A stretch of 64,000 nt of DNA. It comes from a virus (taxonomy: Duplodnaviria > Caudoviricetes). The DNA lies in IMG/VR virus record IMGVR_UViG_2974736276_000001, positions 64,001-128,000 of that record. One strand, written 5' to 3'. Below the pieces are notes generated by a model. It was not told the DNA's origin. It was given only the letters and a program-made list of their open reading frames with translations, and did not search any database. Both the position numbers and the translations under genes were made by a program. Positions 26,491 through 39,673 of the stretch are shown piece by piece (the stretch's first letter is position 1; every line of letters starts with the position of its first letter).

Positions 26491-28263
26491 ATGATTACTG
26501 ATTTAACTCTTTTGAAAATGCCGTTCACGGACGGCGTTCCTGAAGATGTAGAACAAAAACGAATTGACTGGATTAAGAATGGTGACAAGCTTACAGCGGC
26601 TTCTACCAAATACGGTTCTGATGGTCGTTTGAACTCTGCAGCTTACGGAATTAATAAAAACGTAGAAACTAATACTGCAAATGATATTCTTATTGCTGCT
26701 AAAATCAATGAGCTGACTGATGGTGTTAATAACATCAATTCGGCTCTTGAAGTTTCAAGTGACGCAGATATTGTTAAGCAGATCGGTATAAACAAAACTA
26801 ATATTGAGACTCTTCAGACAAGCACAGCTAAAACTGAAGATGACGTAGAAACACTTCAGATTAATGCTGATCATACATCAGAAGATATTGGAGTGTTTAA
26901 TCCTGAATTAGATTCTGTTTATCGTACTCTCCGCGGAGACCTTCTGTGGATTAAAACAGAAATGGGTAAATACCCTGCACAAGACATCAATGGTTTGACA
27001 GTTATTGACGGCCCGGCTTCAGGAATGAAAGCTCGTATTATGTCAAACACTGATCAGTTGGTCAAAACGACAAATCGTTTAACTGATCTTGAGCAAAAGG
27101 TTACTGATTCTGACGTCGGTACTTTGACTAATAATGTAGCAATAATTCGTACTGAACTAGGCCCTACTTCATTAGCTACTCAACGAAATGTTTATCAACG
27201 TTTAAATGATGGTGAAACTGATATCGCTTCTGTTAAATTAGATGCAGCTTCTGTAAAAGTTGCTATCGGATTTACTAACAGTAAAACTATTAACACCAGA
27301 GTTACTGATCTTGAGACATCTAATACAAAAGTCACGACAACACTATATTCAGACGATGGTGTGGTAAATAGTCTCGAAAAATTAACTGTAGAAGTCGGAT
27401 CAACTTCTGATCCTCTGAGTCTTACTGGTAAAGTTGCTACTAATCAGAATGACATTACTTCGATCTACGCTATTATCGGCAAAGATACTTCGTCTGGAAT
27501 GAGATCTGATATTGCTTGGATTAACCAGCAAATTGGTGTGACTCAAGAAGGCGGAAATCCTACTCCCGGTTCTATTTTAAATCGTTTAGACGTATTGACT
27601 GCTAATGGTAATCAGATTGCCAGCACAGTGCAAGATGTTCAATCAGAGATTGGTAACAACACTGAAGGACTTAAAGGTAGTGTCAATACATTAAGTACCC
27701 AAATGAATGGTACTGGCGCTTCTACGACTACTATAGAAGGTGTAGGTGTATTCAACTTTTCTAAGTCTCTTTCTACCAAGATTGAAACTAAAATTGATGA
27801 AGCTCCAAATGATGGTCGTGTATATGCACGTAAATCTAAAGCATGGGTTTCTCGTCCATCTTCAGTAGCTCGTTTTGTTAAAGACACTTATACATTTGAT
27901 TTGTCTGGCGGTTCTTCTAATGTTCCATTCGCTTCATTAACTGCTTCGGCTCTTAATAGCGGATTAACTGTAGGAAGCACTTCACTTACAATCGTGGATG
28001 CTGGTGTGTTTAACATCAAACTGTTGGCAGAAGTCTCTACCGTGACACAGAATGTAAAATTCGAGGTCAAGGTAAATGGAACTACAGTATTTTCTAACGA
28101 TCCTCTCGTTGCTACTCTGTTCACTTCAGGTGCAGTTGTTCGTGTAGATGATATTGTTAAGCTTGCAGTTAACGATGTTATTACTATCGCAGTATCTTCT
28201 GTAGCAGGTGATACAAATGTTGTGTTAAATAATCTTAAGATAACTTTAACACCAACCGCTTAA
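26491..28263 (+). CDS. wac: fibritin (Wac) with C-terminal extension
   Basis: PFTDGVP..RIDWIKNG, coiled coil, foldon IDEAPNDGRVYARKSKAWV. Confidence 0.93.
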   Translation: MITDLTLLKMPFTDGVPEDVEQKRIDWIKNGDKLTAASTKYGSDGRLNSAAYGINKNVETNTANDILIAAKINELTDGVNNINSALEVSSDADIVKQIGINKTNIETLQTSTAKTEDDVETLQINADHTSEDIGVFNPELDSVYRTLRGDLLWIKTEMGKYPAQDINGLTVIDGPASGMKARIMSNTDQLVKTTNRLTDLEQKVTDSDVGTLTNNVAIIRTELGPTSLATQRNVYQRLNDGETDIASVKLDAASVKVAIGFTNSKTINTRVTDLETSNTKVTTTLYSDDGVVNSLEKLTVEVGSTSDPLSLTGKVATNQNDITSIYAIIGKDTSSGMRSDIAWINQQIGVTQEGGNPTPGSILNRLDVLTANGNQIASTVQDVQSEIGNNTEGLKGSVNTLSTQMNGTGASTTTIEGVGVFNFSKSLSTKIETKIDEAPNDGRVYARKSKAWVSRPSSVARFVKDTYTFDLSGGSSNVPFASLTASALNSGLTVGSTSLTIVDAGVFNIKLLAEVSTVTQNVKFEVKVNGTTVFSNDPLVATLFTSGAVVRVDDIVKLAVNDVITIAVSSVAGDTNVVLNNLKITLTPTA

Positions 28264-28265
28264 TT

Positions 28266-28284
28266 AAGGGGCTTCGGCCCCTTT
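28266..28284 (+). terminator. hairpin / terminator
   Basis: AAGGGGC-TTCG-GCCCCTT-T. Confidence 0.65.
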
Positions 28285-28294
28285 GAGGTATTTT

Positions 28295-29254
28295 ATGTCT
28301 GGCTACAATGCATACAACCCTAAAGATTTAAAAGACGTTATTCTGCGCCGTCTAGGTGCACCTATCGTTAACGTCGAATTAACGACTGATCAGATCTATG
28401 ACTGTATTCAGCGCGCATTAGAATTGTTCGGTGAATATCATTTCAACGGAACAAATAAGAGCTACGCTTGTTTTTGGGTTCCACACGATGACGATAAAGA
28501 AAAAATTCCTAAAGACATCTTCGAATCTCATCGACAAGGTATTTTTGATTTAGCAGGTAAGAACGTATTCGCAGTAACTAAAATTCTGCGTACTAATATC
28601 GGCTCTATCACTTCAATGGACGGACAAGCAACATATCCATGGTTCACTGATTTCCTTTTAGGAATGGCAGGAATTAATGGTGGTATGGGTGGTGCTTGCA
28701 ATAAATGGTACGGACCAAATGCATTTGGTGCTGATCTCGGCTATTTCACTCAGCTGATGCAATATTGGTCAATGATGCAGGATTTAATTTCTCCATTACC
28801 TGATTTCTGGTATAACGATAACACAGGTCAATTGCGTGTTATGGGTAACTTTATTCCTGGTGATTTGATCGTCGTGGAAGTATTCGTTAAAAGTTATATT
28901 GATGTTGAAAAAACAGTAGGTAACACTGCAGGTTATGGATTTGCGGGTGATTTCACTTCAGGTTCGTATAAAGACATCTACGAAAATCCAGATCGTGCTC
29001 TTGTTGGTCAACATGCTAATGAAGATCTTCCGATTAAACAAGGTTCATATAATAACCGTTGGGTTAAAGACTATTCAACTTGTTTAGCCAAAGAACTTAA
29101 TGGACAAATATTAGCCAAACATCAGGGCATGCAATTACCTGGTGGTATCACTATCGATGGCCAACGTTTAGTAGACGAAGCTCAGCGTGAAAAAGAAGCA
29201 CTTCGCGAAGAACTCGAATTACTCGATCCTCCATTCGGAATTCTAATCGGATGA
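28295..29254 (+). CDS. 13: neck protein gp13
   Basis: [26 protein letters not shown]. Confidence 0.96.
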   Translation: MSGYNAYNPKDLKDVILRRLGAPIVNVELTTDQIYDCIQRALELFGEYHFNGTNKSYACFWVPHDDDKEKIPKDIFESHRQGIFDLAGKNVFAVTKILRTNIGSITSMDGQATYPWFTDFLLGMAGINGGMGGACNKWYGPNAFGADLGYFTQLMQYWSMMQDLISPLPDFWYNDNTGQLRVMGNFIPGDLIVVEVFVKSYIDVEKTVGNTAGYGFAGDFTSGSYKDIYENPDRALVGQHANEDLPIKQGSYNNRWVKDYSTCLAKELNGQILAKHQGMQLPGGITIDGQRLVDEAQREKEALREELELLDPPFGILIG

Positions 29255-30024
29255 TAAATGATACTGGTTTGTTCGCAAAACTCGAGAACAACACAGGCTA
29301 TGACAATACCAATGAAGTTAATATTCTAAATCCGTATGTTAACTTCAATAATTATCAGAATGTTCAGTCATTGGCTGACGTTCTGGTTGCAGAAAGTATT
29401 CAGATGAGAGGAATAGAACTTTATTACATTCCTCGTGAATACGTCAATCCTGATTTGTTATTCGGTGAAGATTTGCAGTCGAAATTCACGAAGGCTTGGA
29501 AATTTGCAGGATATTTGAACAGCTTCGAAGGCTATGAAGGTGCCAATTCATTCTATAGCAAGTTCGGTCTACAAGTGAGTGATGAAGTAACTATCACTGT
29601 TAACCCAAGACTATTCAAACACCAGGTAAATGATAAAGAACCTCAATCAGGTGACTTAATTTATTTCCCGATGGATAACAGTCTATTTGAAATAAATTGG
29701 GTTCAACCATACGATCCATTCTATCAAGTTGGTCAGAACGCAATGCGCAGAATCACCGCAGGTAAATTCATTTACTCTGGTGAACAACTGCAACCTGAAT
29801 TACAACGAAATGAAGGCATTGTTATTCCTGAGTTTTCAGATCTTGATCTTAATCCTGTTAGAAATATTGATGGTCTTGCAGATATTAACGATGATCAGTA
29901 TTCTGAAGTTGATCAGATCAATAATGAAGCTAAAGAATATGTACATCCATTTGTTGTAATAAATGGTAGAGGTACTGATACGCCTCCTGCAAGCACATTC
30001 GATGACGATTTTATGAATCAATAA
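29251..30024 (+). CDS. 14: neck protein gp14
   Basis: LNPYVNF..ESIQMRG..YYIPRE. Confidence 0.96.
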   Translation: MINDTGLFAKLENNTGYDNTNEVNILNPYVNFNNYQNVQSLADVLVAESIQMRGIELYYIPREYVNPDLLFGEDLQSKFTKAWKFAGYLNSFEGYEGANSFYSKFGLQVSDEVTITVNPRLFKHQVNDKEPQSGDLIYFPMDNSLFEINWVQPYDPFYQVGQNAMRRITAGKFIYSGEQLQPELQRNEGIVIPEFSDLDLNPVRNIDGLADINDDQYSEVDQINNEAKEYVHPFVVINGRGTDTPPASTFDDDFMNQ

Positions 30025-30037
30025 ATACATAAAACAC

Positions 30038-30055
30038 AGGGCCGCAAGGCCCTTT
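30038..30055 (+). terminator. GCAA hairpin / weak terminator
   Basis: AGGGCC-GCAA-GGCCCT-TT. Confidence 0.55.
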
Positions 30056-30070
30056 AAAAGAGGAATTAAA

Positions 30071-30894
30071 ATGTTTGGCTACTGGTATAATTCGTCTTTA
30101 CGTCGTTATATTGTGCTTATGGGAGACCTATTTTCTCACATTCAAGTAGCTCGTAAACGAGAAGACACTGGAACTAAATTCATTAGAGTTCCTATCACAT
30201 ATGCGTCTAAAGAACACTTTATGATGCAATTAAACAAAATTACAGCGATTCAGAGTCAAGAGAATAAAGCTAAGATAGAAACTATCTTGCCGAGAATGAA
30301 CCTCCATTTGGTTGATCTCGTTTATAACCCGACTTATAAAACTGCGCAGCAGAACAGAATCACTGCATCTAAAAATGATTCGACTAAAACAGTTTCACAA
30401 TATAGTCCAACTCCTGTTAAGATGATGTTTGAACTTGGTATTTTTACTCGACACCAGGATGATATGTATCAGATTGTTGAACAGATAATGCCTTATTTCC
30501 AGCCTCACTTCAATACAACAATGACTGAGCTATTTGGAAATGAAATCACTTTCGAACGTGATATTAGAATTGTTCTTCAGTCTATTTCGCAAGACGAACA
30601 ACTTGAAGGTGATAATATCTCAAGACGTCGTTTAGAGTGGAGCATTATATTTGAAGTGAACGGATGGATTTATCCTCCAGTCACAGAGATTGACGGTGAA
30701 ATTAGAACGATTTATCTTGACTTCTTTGCTAACGCTAAAGAACTGAGTGCTCAGGGTAATTTTGAATCTGTAGATGCACAGGTCGTTCCTGTTAATGTCG
30801 AATCTCAAGAGTGGGACGGATCAATCTATAGCACGTATTCTCAAGACATCGATATTCCTGTAGATCCAGAAGCTCCTTCACCGAGGAAAAATAA

Positions 30895-30898
<4 letters not shown>
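30071..30898 (+). CDS. 15: tail sheath stabiliser gp15
   Basis: [22 protein letters not shown]. Confidence 0.96.
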
Positions 30899-33211
<2,313 letters not shown>

Positions 33212-33242
33212 AAGTAAAGCAAATAATAATTGAGGATTCAAG

Positions 33243-35228
33243 ATGGCTTTATTATCTCCGGGCGTTGAGCTCAAAGAAAGTAGCGTTCAAAGCACGATCG
33301 TGAATAATGCTACGGGACGTGCCGCGATCGTAGGGAAATTTCAGTGGGGACCTGCTTTCCAAGTAACGCAGGTAACTAATGAAGTTGAGTTAGTAGATAA
33401 TTTCGGCGAGCCGAACAATGACACTGCTGACTATTTCATGTCTGGTATGAATTTCCTGCAATACGGTAACGATTTACGTGTTGTTCGTGCAGTTAACCGT
33501 GATATCGCTAAAAACGCATCACCAATTGCTGGCAACATTTCATCAACTATCACAGCCGCAGGTGCGAACTACGCTGTAGGTGACACAATTGCAGTTAAAT
33601 ATTTGACTACTACCGTTGAAACTGCGGGTAAAATTACCAAAGTAGATACAGACGGTAAAATTCTAGCAATCTTTATTCCTACTGCTAAGATTATCGCGTA
33701 CGCGAAAACTATTAATCAGTATCCGCAATTAGGTACAGGTTGGACAGCTGAAGTTTCATCTTCTTCATCAGGTGTTTCAGCAGCAATAACCTTAGGGTCT
33801 ATTGTAACCGATTCTGGAATTTTGCTAACTGAATCAGAGACTTCTGTTTCAAAAATTACAGCAACTGATTTCCAAGCCCTGCTTGCGAAATATGCTTTAC
33901 CTGGTGTTGTAGCGGTTTATCCTGGTGAAATTGGTTCACAGATTGAAGTTGAAATTGTTTCTAAAGCATCATATGCTAAAGGCGCTTCACTGACTCTGCC
34001 AATTTATCCAAATGGTGGTTCACGTGCTTCTACTGCTCGTGCAGTATTTGGTTACGGTCCGCAAACAGATAATCAGTATGGCATTATTGTTCGTCGTAAC
34101 GGTGAAGTAGTTGAGTCAGTAGTTCTTTCAACTGCAAAAGGTGAAAAAGACGTTTACGGTAATAACATCTACATGGATGATTATTTCGCTAAAGGCTCAA
34201 GCAACTATATCTTCGCTACTGCAATCGGTTGGCCTGCAGGTTTCTCTGGTATTCTTACTCTGTCTGGTGGTTTATCTGCTAATGACTCAGTAACTGCTGG
34301 TGATATCATTGAAGGTTGGGACTTATTCGCAGATCGTGAAGCATTAGCAGTTAACTTGCTGATTGCTGGTGCAGTTGCTGGTGAAGGTGTTACTTTCGCA
34401 TCTACTGTACAGAAACATGCTTCTGCTTTGGCAGACGAGCGTCAAGATTGCCTGTGCTTAATTTCACCACCACGTGATACCATCGTTAATATCCCACTGA
34501 CTCGTGCAGTTGATAACCTGGTTAACTGGCGTACTGCTCAAGGTGCTTACGATACAGATAATATGAACATTAGTTCTACTTATGCTGCAATCGACGGTAA
34601 CTATAAATATCAGTACGATAAGTATAATGATGTTAACCGTTGGGTACCATTAGCGGGTGATATCGCAGGTCTATGTGCTCGTACAGATAGTGTATCTCAG
34701 CCTTGGATGTCTCCAGCGGGTTATAATCGCGGACAACTGCTGAACTGCATTAAATTAGCGATTGAACCACGTCAGTCACATCGTGATTCTATGTATCAGG
34801 AAGCAATTAACCCTGTTACTGGATTTAGTGGCGGAGACGGTTTCGTTCTATTTGGTGATAAGACTGCGACAAACACTCCTTCACCGTTTGACCGAATCAA
34901 CGTTCGTCGTCTGTTTAACATGCTGAAGAAAAATATTGGTGATAGTTCTAAGTATCGTCTGTTTGAGAATAACGACAACTTCACTCGTTCAAGCTTCCGT
35001 ATGGAAACTTCTCAGTACTTAGCGGGTATTAAAGCGTTGGGTGGTGTTTACGATTATCGTGTAGTTTGCGATACTACGAATAACACTGGTGCAGTTATTG
35101 ACAGAAATGAGTTTGTTGCAAGCATTTATGTTAAGCCAGCACGTTCAATCAACTACATCACTCTGAACTTGGTTGCCACAAGCACAAGCGCAGATTTCGA
35201 TGAGCTGATTGGTACCGCATCGTCTTAA
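33243..35228 (+). CDS. 18: tail sheath gp18
   Basis: LLSPGVELKE, FDRINVRRLF. Confidence 0.98.
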   Translation: MALLSPGVELKESSVQSTIVNNATGRAAIVGKFQWGPAFQVTQVTNEVELVDNFGEPNNDTADYFMSGMNFLQYGNDLRVVRAVNRDIAKNASPIAGNISSTITAAGANYAVGDTIAVKYLTTTVETAGKITKVDTDGKILAIFIPTAKIIAYAKTINQYPQLGTGWTAEVSSSSSGVSAAITLGSIVTDSGILLTESETSVSKITATDFQALLAKYALPGVVAVYPGEIGSQIEVEIVSKASYAKGASLTLPIYPNGGSRASTARAVFGYGPQTDNQYGIIVRRNGEVVESVVLSTAKGEKDVYGNNIYMDDYFAKGSSNYIFATAIGWPAGFSGILTLSGGLSANDSVTAGDIIEGWDLFADREALAVNLLIAGAVAGEGVTFASTVQKHASALADERQDCLCLISPPRDTIVNIPLTRAVDNLVNWRTAQGAYDTDNMNISSTYAAIDGNYKYQYDKYNDVNRWVPLAGDIAGLCARTDSVSQPWMSPAGYNRGQLLNCIKLAIEPRQSHRDSMYQEAINPVTGFSGGDGFVLFGDKTATNTPSPFDRINVRRLFNMLKKNIGDSSKYRLFENNDNFTRSSFRMETSQYLAGIKALGGVYDYRVVCDTTNNTGAVIDRNEFVASIYVKPARSINYITLNLVATSTSADFDELIGTASS

Positions 35229-35243
35229 TCAGAACACTCTAGA

Positions 35244-35264
35244 GGCCTCCCTTCGGGGAGGTTT
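35244..35264 (+). terminator. intrinsic terminator
   Basis: CCTCCC-TTCG-GGGAGG-TTT. Confidence 0.75.
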
Positions 35265-35323
35265 AAAACCATATTCACTGATTAAAATAATCACTCCAGG
35301 TGTATCTGGTGTAACCAGAACCT

Positions 35324-35331
35324 TATAAATA
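35324..35331 (+). promoter_or_regulatory. late promoter (gene 19)
   Basis: TATAAATA. Confidence 0.85.
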
Positions 35332-35344
35332 TTGAGAGAACCAA

Positions 35345-35836
35345 ATGGAACTACAAGACATTACACGTGCGTTCGAATCTGGTGACTTTGCCCGTCCTAA
35401 CTTGTTTGAAGTAGAGATTCCTTATCTTGGTCGTAACTTCAGCTTCAAGTGTAAAGCAGCTCCAATGCCTGCAGGTATCGTGGAAAAAGTTCCAGTCGGT
35501 TATCAGAACCGTAAAATTAACGTTGCAGGCGATCGTACATATGACGACTGGACCGTGACCATCTATAATGATGACGCGCACTTGACTCGTCAAGCTATTG
35601 TTGATTGGCAAAACATTGCTCATGCAATGGGTAACGAAATTACAGGCGGCTCACCAGCTGACTATAAAAAACAAGCAGTTGTTCGTCAATTCCATCGTGA
35701 TGGTAAGACTATCACTAAAGAAGTGACTATTACTGGTCTGTGGCCGACTAACGTTGGTGAAGTACAGATGGACTGGGATTCAAATAACGAGGTAGAAACA
35801 TTTGAAACTACCTTCGCGTTAGACTGGTGGGAATAA
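35345..35836 (+). CDS. 19: tail tube gp19
   Basis: GDFARPNLFEV, AGDRTYDDW. Confidence 0.98.
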   Translation: MELQDITRAFESGDFARPNLFEVEIPYLGRNFSFKCKAAPMPAGIVEKVPVGYQNRKINVAGDRTYDDWTVTIYNDDAHLTRQAIVDWQNIAHAMGNEITGGSPADYKKQAVVRQFHRDGKTITKEVTITGLWPTNVGEVQMDWDSNNEVETFETTFALDWWE

Positions 35837-35890
35837 TAAATAACTATGGGAGTTCGCTCCCATACTTTTCCCAACTTTCGGAGACTCTAA

Positions 35891-37459
35891 ATGGCTTTTA
35901 ATATTTTAAAAATGTTCACTGGCTGGCAACAGCGAGATGAATATGAGTTCAAACAAAATCAGAACGAAAATTTAGAGTCGATTACGGCACCTAAATTGGA
36001 TGATGGTGCTCGTGAAATTGAAGTTTCCGAGAACGAACATCCTTATAATACCTTGATGCAGACCATGTTTGGTGCTCAAGATCCAGGTATTAAATCAACA
36101 ACAGAACTCATTAACACCTATCGCAATCTAATGACTAACTATGAAGTCGAGAATGCGGTAGATGAAATTATCTCCGATGCCGTTGTCTATGAAGATGACC
36201 ATGATGTCGTTTCAATTGACTTGGACTCAACTAAGTTTAGTCCAGCGCTTAAAGATAGGATTCAAGAGGAATTTAATGACGTTTTACTAGCATTAAGTTT
36301 CCAACGCAAAGGTACTGATCATTTCAAACGTTGGTACGTTGATTCACGAATTTTCTTCCATAAAATCGTGAATATAAATAAAATGCGTGATGGTATTAAA
36401 GAAATGCGTCGATTAGATCCACGTAACGTACAGTTCGTCCGTGAAGTAATTACGAAAGATCAAGCTGGTGTAAAAGTCGTTACGGGTTATCGAGATTTCT
36501 TCATTTACGATACTGGCAATGAATCGTATAATGACGGTACACAAGTTTATGCAGCTGGAACAAAAATTAAAATTCCTCGAGCTGCTATTACCTATGCTCA
36601 TTCCGGTTTAGTAGATTGCTGCGGACATAACATCATCGGTTATTTACATCGTGCTGTTAAACCTGCTAACCAACTTAAACTGTTAGAAGATGCAATGGTA
36701 ATTTATCGAATTACTCGTGCTCCAGATCGCCGTATTTTCTACGTTGATACTGGTAACATGCCTTCTCGTAAAGCGGCACAGCACATGCAAACCATCATGA
36801 ACACGATGAAAAACCGTGTCGTATATGATGCTTCTACTGGTAAGATTAAAAATCAGCAGCACAATATGTCAATGACTGAAGACTATTGGTTGCAACGTCG
36901 TGATGGTAAAGCTGTAACAGAAGTTGATACTCTTCCTGGTGCGTCAGGTATGAATGAAATGGACGACGTTCGTTGGTTCAAACGTTGCTTATATGAAGCT
37001 CTTCGTATTCCATTATCACGTATTCCTAACGATCAAGGTGGCGGTGTTCAATTCGACGCTGGTACTGCAATTACTCGTGACGAAATTAAATTCGATACAT
37101 TTATTCGTCAGCTTCAGCACAAGTTTGAAGAAATTCTTCTTGATCCGCTGAAAACCAATCTGATTCTGAAAAAAATTATTGCAGAAGATGAATGGAATGA
37201 TGAAATAAATAATATTAAGATAGTGTTCCACCGTAACTCATATTTCACTGAAGCGAAAGACGCTGAGATTATGGAACGTAGAATCAATATGCTTACAATG
37301 GCTGAACCATTTATTGGAAAATATATTTCTCACCAAACAGCAATGAAGGATTTCCTGAAAATGTCTGATGAAGAAATTGACCAAGAAGCTAAGCAGATTG
37401 AGTTAGAGTCGAAAGAGGCTCGTTTTAAAGACCCTGAAGAACCAGAAGAGGCATTCTAA
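35891..37459 (+). CDS. 20: portal protein gp20
   Basis: [20 protein letters not shown]. Confidence 0.98.
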   Translation: MAFNILKMFTGWQQRDEYEFKQNQNENLESITAPKLDDGAREIEVSENEHPYNTLMQTMFGAQDPGIKSTTELINTYRNLMTNYEVENAVDEIISDAVVYEDDHDVVSIDLDSTKFSPALKDRIQEEFNDVLLALSFQRKGTDHFKRWYVDSRIFFHKIVNINKMRDGIKEMRRLDPRNVQFVREVITKDQAGVKVVTGYRDFFIYDTGNESYNDGTQVYAAGTKIKIPRAAITYAHSGLVDCCGHNIIGYLHRAVKPANQLKLLEDAMVIYRITRAPDRRIFYVDTGNMPSRKAAQHMQTIMNTMKNRVVYDASTGKIKNQQHNMSMTEDYWLQRRDGKAVTEVDTLPGASGMNEMDDVRWFKRCLYEALRIPLSRIPNDQGGGVQFDAGTAITRDEIKFDTFIRQLQHKFEEILLDPLKTNLILKKIIAEDEWNDEINNIKIVFHRNSYFTEAKDAEIMERRINMLTMAEPFIGKYISHQTAMKDFLKMSDEEIDQEAKQIELESKEARFKDPEEPEEAF

Positions 37460-37716
37460 TGGACGCATTTGTTGAAGCAGTAAAGAATAACGACCTCGTT
37501 AAAGCTAAAAAAGCATTCGGCTCTATTATGACTGAACGTACTACCGCTTTGATTGAAAGTCGTAAGAAAGAGTTAGCAGCTCAGGTAATGATTGAAGGCG
37601 AAGCCGTTGATTACGACCAAGACGAAATCGAAAAAACTGGCGTAACTGATCCAGACGCTGATGCAGCTAAAGATAAAAAAGCAAAAGAAGCTAAGAAAGA
37701 AAAAGCGGGGGAATAA
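37459..37716 (+). CDS. 67: prohead core gp67
   Basis: EAVKNNDLVKAKKAF, synteny. Confidence 0.9.
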   Translation: MDAFVEAVKNNDLVKAKKAFGSIMTERTTALIESRKKELAAQVMIEGEAVDYDQDEIEKTGVTDPDADAAKDKKAKEAKKEKAGE

Positions 37717-37719
37717 GAA

Positions 37720-38145
37720 ATGTTTCTACTGCCTGAAAATTATGAATTAGTTCTCGAAAACGTCGAAAAACTTCTTCCTGAAGCACAGGCACGTTTTGAT
37801 ATTCTTTCTGAAGCGCTTGATCAAGCTGATATAAATAAAATTGTAGAGAATATGCTTGAGGATGAACCTGAATTGGCAGTTGCCCTGGGTTCAATCAACG
37901 AGGAAATGGTGCTTAATGAGTTCATCGTTAAGCGCGTTAACTCTAAAGGCGATGTATCACGAGTCAAAGATCGTAAAACTCGCGAACGTCAAGCATATCA
38001 GACAACTGGATTATCGAAAGCTAAGCGTCGTCAAATTGCTCGTAAGGCAACTAAGACAAAACGTGCTAACCCATCAACTGTTACTCGCGGCGAACGTAAA
38101 CGTAAGAAAGCTCTTCGTAAACGTAAAGCTCTAGGACTAAGTTAA
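37720..38145 (+). CDS. 68: prohead core gp68
   Basis: [15 protein letters not shown]. Confidence 0.95.
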   Translation: MFLLPENYELVLENVEKLLPEAQARFDILSEALDQADINKIVENMLEDEPELAVALGSINEEMVLNEFIVKRVNSKGDVSRVKDRKTRERQAYQTTGLSKAKRRQIARKATKTKRANPSTVTRGERKRKKALRKRKALGLS

Positions 38146-38804
38146 TGAATGAACCTCAATTGTTAATAGAACATTGGGGTCAACCTGGCGAAATGGTTGG
38201 TGATAAACCAATGCTTGAGTCGTTTGAAATACAACTTAATGAAGACAAGAAATTAAAACCTGGTCTATACATTGAGGGAATTTTCATGCAGGCCGATGTT
38301 GTTAATCGCAATAAACGTCTGTATCCAAAGAAAATTTTGGAAGCTGCAGTAAACCGTTATATTACAGAACAGGTTGATACTCATCAAGCTCTTGGAGAAT
38401 TAAATCACCCGCCACGTGCTAATGTGGACCCGATGCAAGCAGCAATCATCATTGAAGAATTACGTTGGGAAGGTTCAAACGTAATTGGTCGAGCCAGAAT
38501 TATTGAAGGCGATCATGGCCCTGGTGATAAACTAGCAGCAAATATTCGAGCGGGCTGGGTACCTGGCGTAAGTTCTCGCGGACTAGGCGCTTTAAAGGAT
38601 TCAGGTCGTGGGTACAATATTGTACAAGAAGGATACCGTCTCACCGTAGGTGTAGATGCAGTCTGGGGACCTAGCGCTCCAGACGCCTGGGTGCAACCAA
38701 AGCAAATCCTTGAGAATACTCAAGAAGCTTCGGTACCCATTAAAAATGGTGCTGATCAGGCATTTATTAAGCTCACAGAGAGCCTTAAAAAGCATAATAA
38801 ATAA
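38145..38804 (+). CDS. 21: prohead protease gp21
   Basis: GELNHP, GVSSRG, PSAPDA. Confidence 0.97.
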   Translation: MNEPQLLIEHWGQPGEMVGDKPMLESFEIQLNEDKKLKPGLYIEGIFMQADVVNRNKRLYPKKILEAAVNRYITEQVDTHQALGELNHPPRANVDPMQAAIIIEELRWEGSNVIGRARIIEGDHGPGDKLAANIRAGWVPGVSSRGLGALKDSGRGYNIVQEGYRLTVGVDAVWGPSAPDAWVQPKQILENTQEASVPIKNGADQAFIKLTESLKKHNK

Positions 38805-38832
38805 TTATGTAACTTAACAACAGGACACAAAA

Positions 38833-39654
38833 ATGCTGAAAGAACAACTCCTTGAAGAAGCTAAGAATTTAAACGCTTCTGTTGAGCTTGATAGTGTTTT
38901 CGAATCAGTTGAACTTTCTCCAGAAGTTAAAGAGAATTTCAGCGTTGTATTCGAAGCAACCGTCAAAAATAAAGCTCTTCAACTGGCTGAATCACACATT
39001 CAGGCCATCGCTGAAAAAGCTGAAAAAGAAGTAGAAAAGAATAAAGAAGAAGCCGAAGAAAAAGCTGAAAAAGAGCTGAAAGAATCTGCCTCTAAATTCT
39101 TTGACTATCTGGCTGGCGAATGGCTAGCAGAAAACCAATTAGCTGTAGATAAAGGTATTAAAGCCGATCTGTTCGAATCTATGTTCTCTGGTCTTAAAGA
39201 ATTGTTCGTTGAACACAACGTATCACTTCCTGCGGAATCAGTAGATGTGGTTGCTGAACTGGAAGAAGCTCTTGCTGAAGAACAAGCGCAGACCGCGTCT
39301 CTGTTTGAAAGCAACAACGCCCTGACAGCAGAAGTTGCTGGCATGAAGCGTGCAAGACTGATCGAAGAATCAACTCGTGAATTGACTGAATCTCAAAAAG
39401 AAAAAGTTGCTTCACTGGTAGAAGGTACTGAATTCTCCGATTCATTCAGTGGAAAATTAAACTCTATCGTTTCTATGGTAGTAGCATCCACTAAATCTGC
39501 GCAGACAATCACTGAAAGTGCAGATATAAATATTATTGAAGATGATGCAGCGAAACTCAATTTCGTAACTGAAGCAGTTGAAGAAACTAATAAAACTGCC
39601 ACCCAGTCTCCTTCAATGAATGCATATACTCGTGCAGCAACTCGTTTAAGTTAA
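38833..39654 (+). CDS. 22: prohead scaffold gp22
   Basis: MLKEQLLEEA, acidic coiled coil. Confidence 0.95.
   Translation: MLKEQLLEEAKNLNASVELDSVFESVELSPEVKENFSVVFEATVKNKALQLAESHIQAIAEKAEKEVEKNKEEAEEKAEKELKESASKFFDYLAGEWLAENQLAVDKGIKADLFESMFSGLKELFVEHNVSLPAESVDVVAELEEALAEEQAQTASLFESNNALTAEVAGMKRARLIEESTRELTESQKEKVASLVEGTEFSDSFSGKLNSIVSMVVASTKSAQTITESADINIIEDDAAKLNFVTEAVEETNKTATQSPSMNAYTRAATRLS
39525..39532 (+). promoter_or_regulatory. late promoter P23 inside gene 22
   Basis: TATAAATA. Confidence 0.75.
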
Positions 39655-39673
39655 TTAAAAGGTTATATCACAC

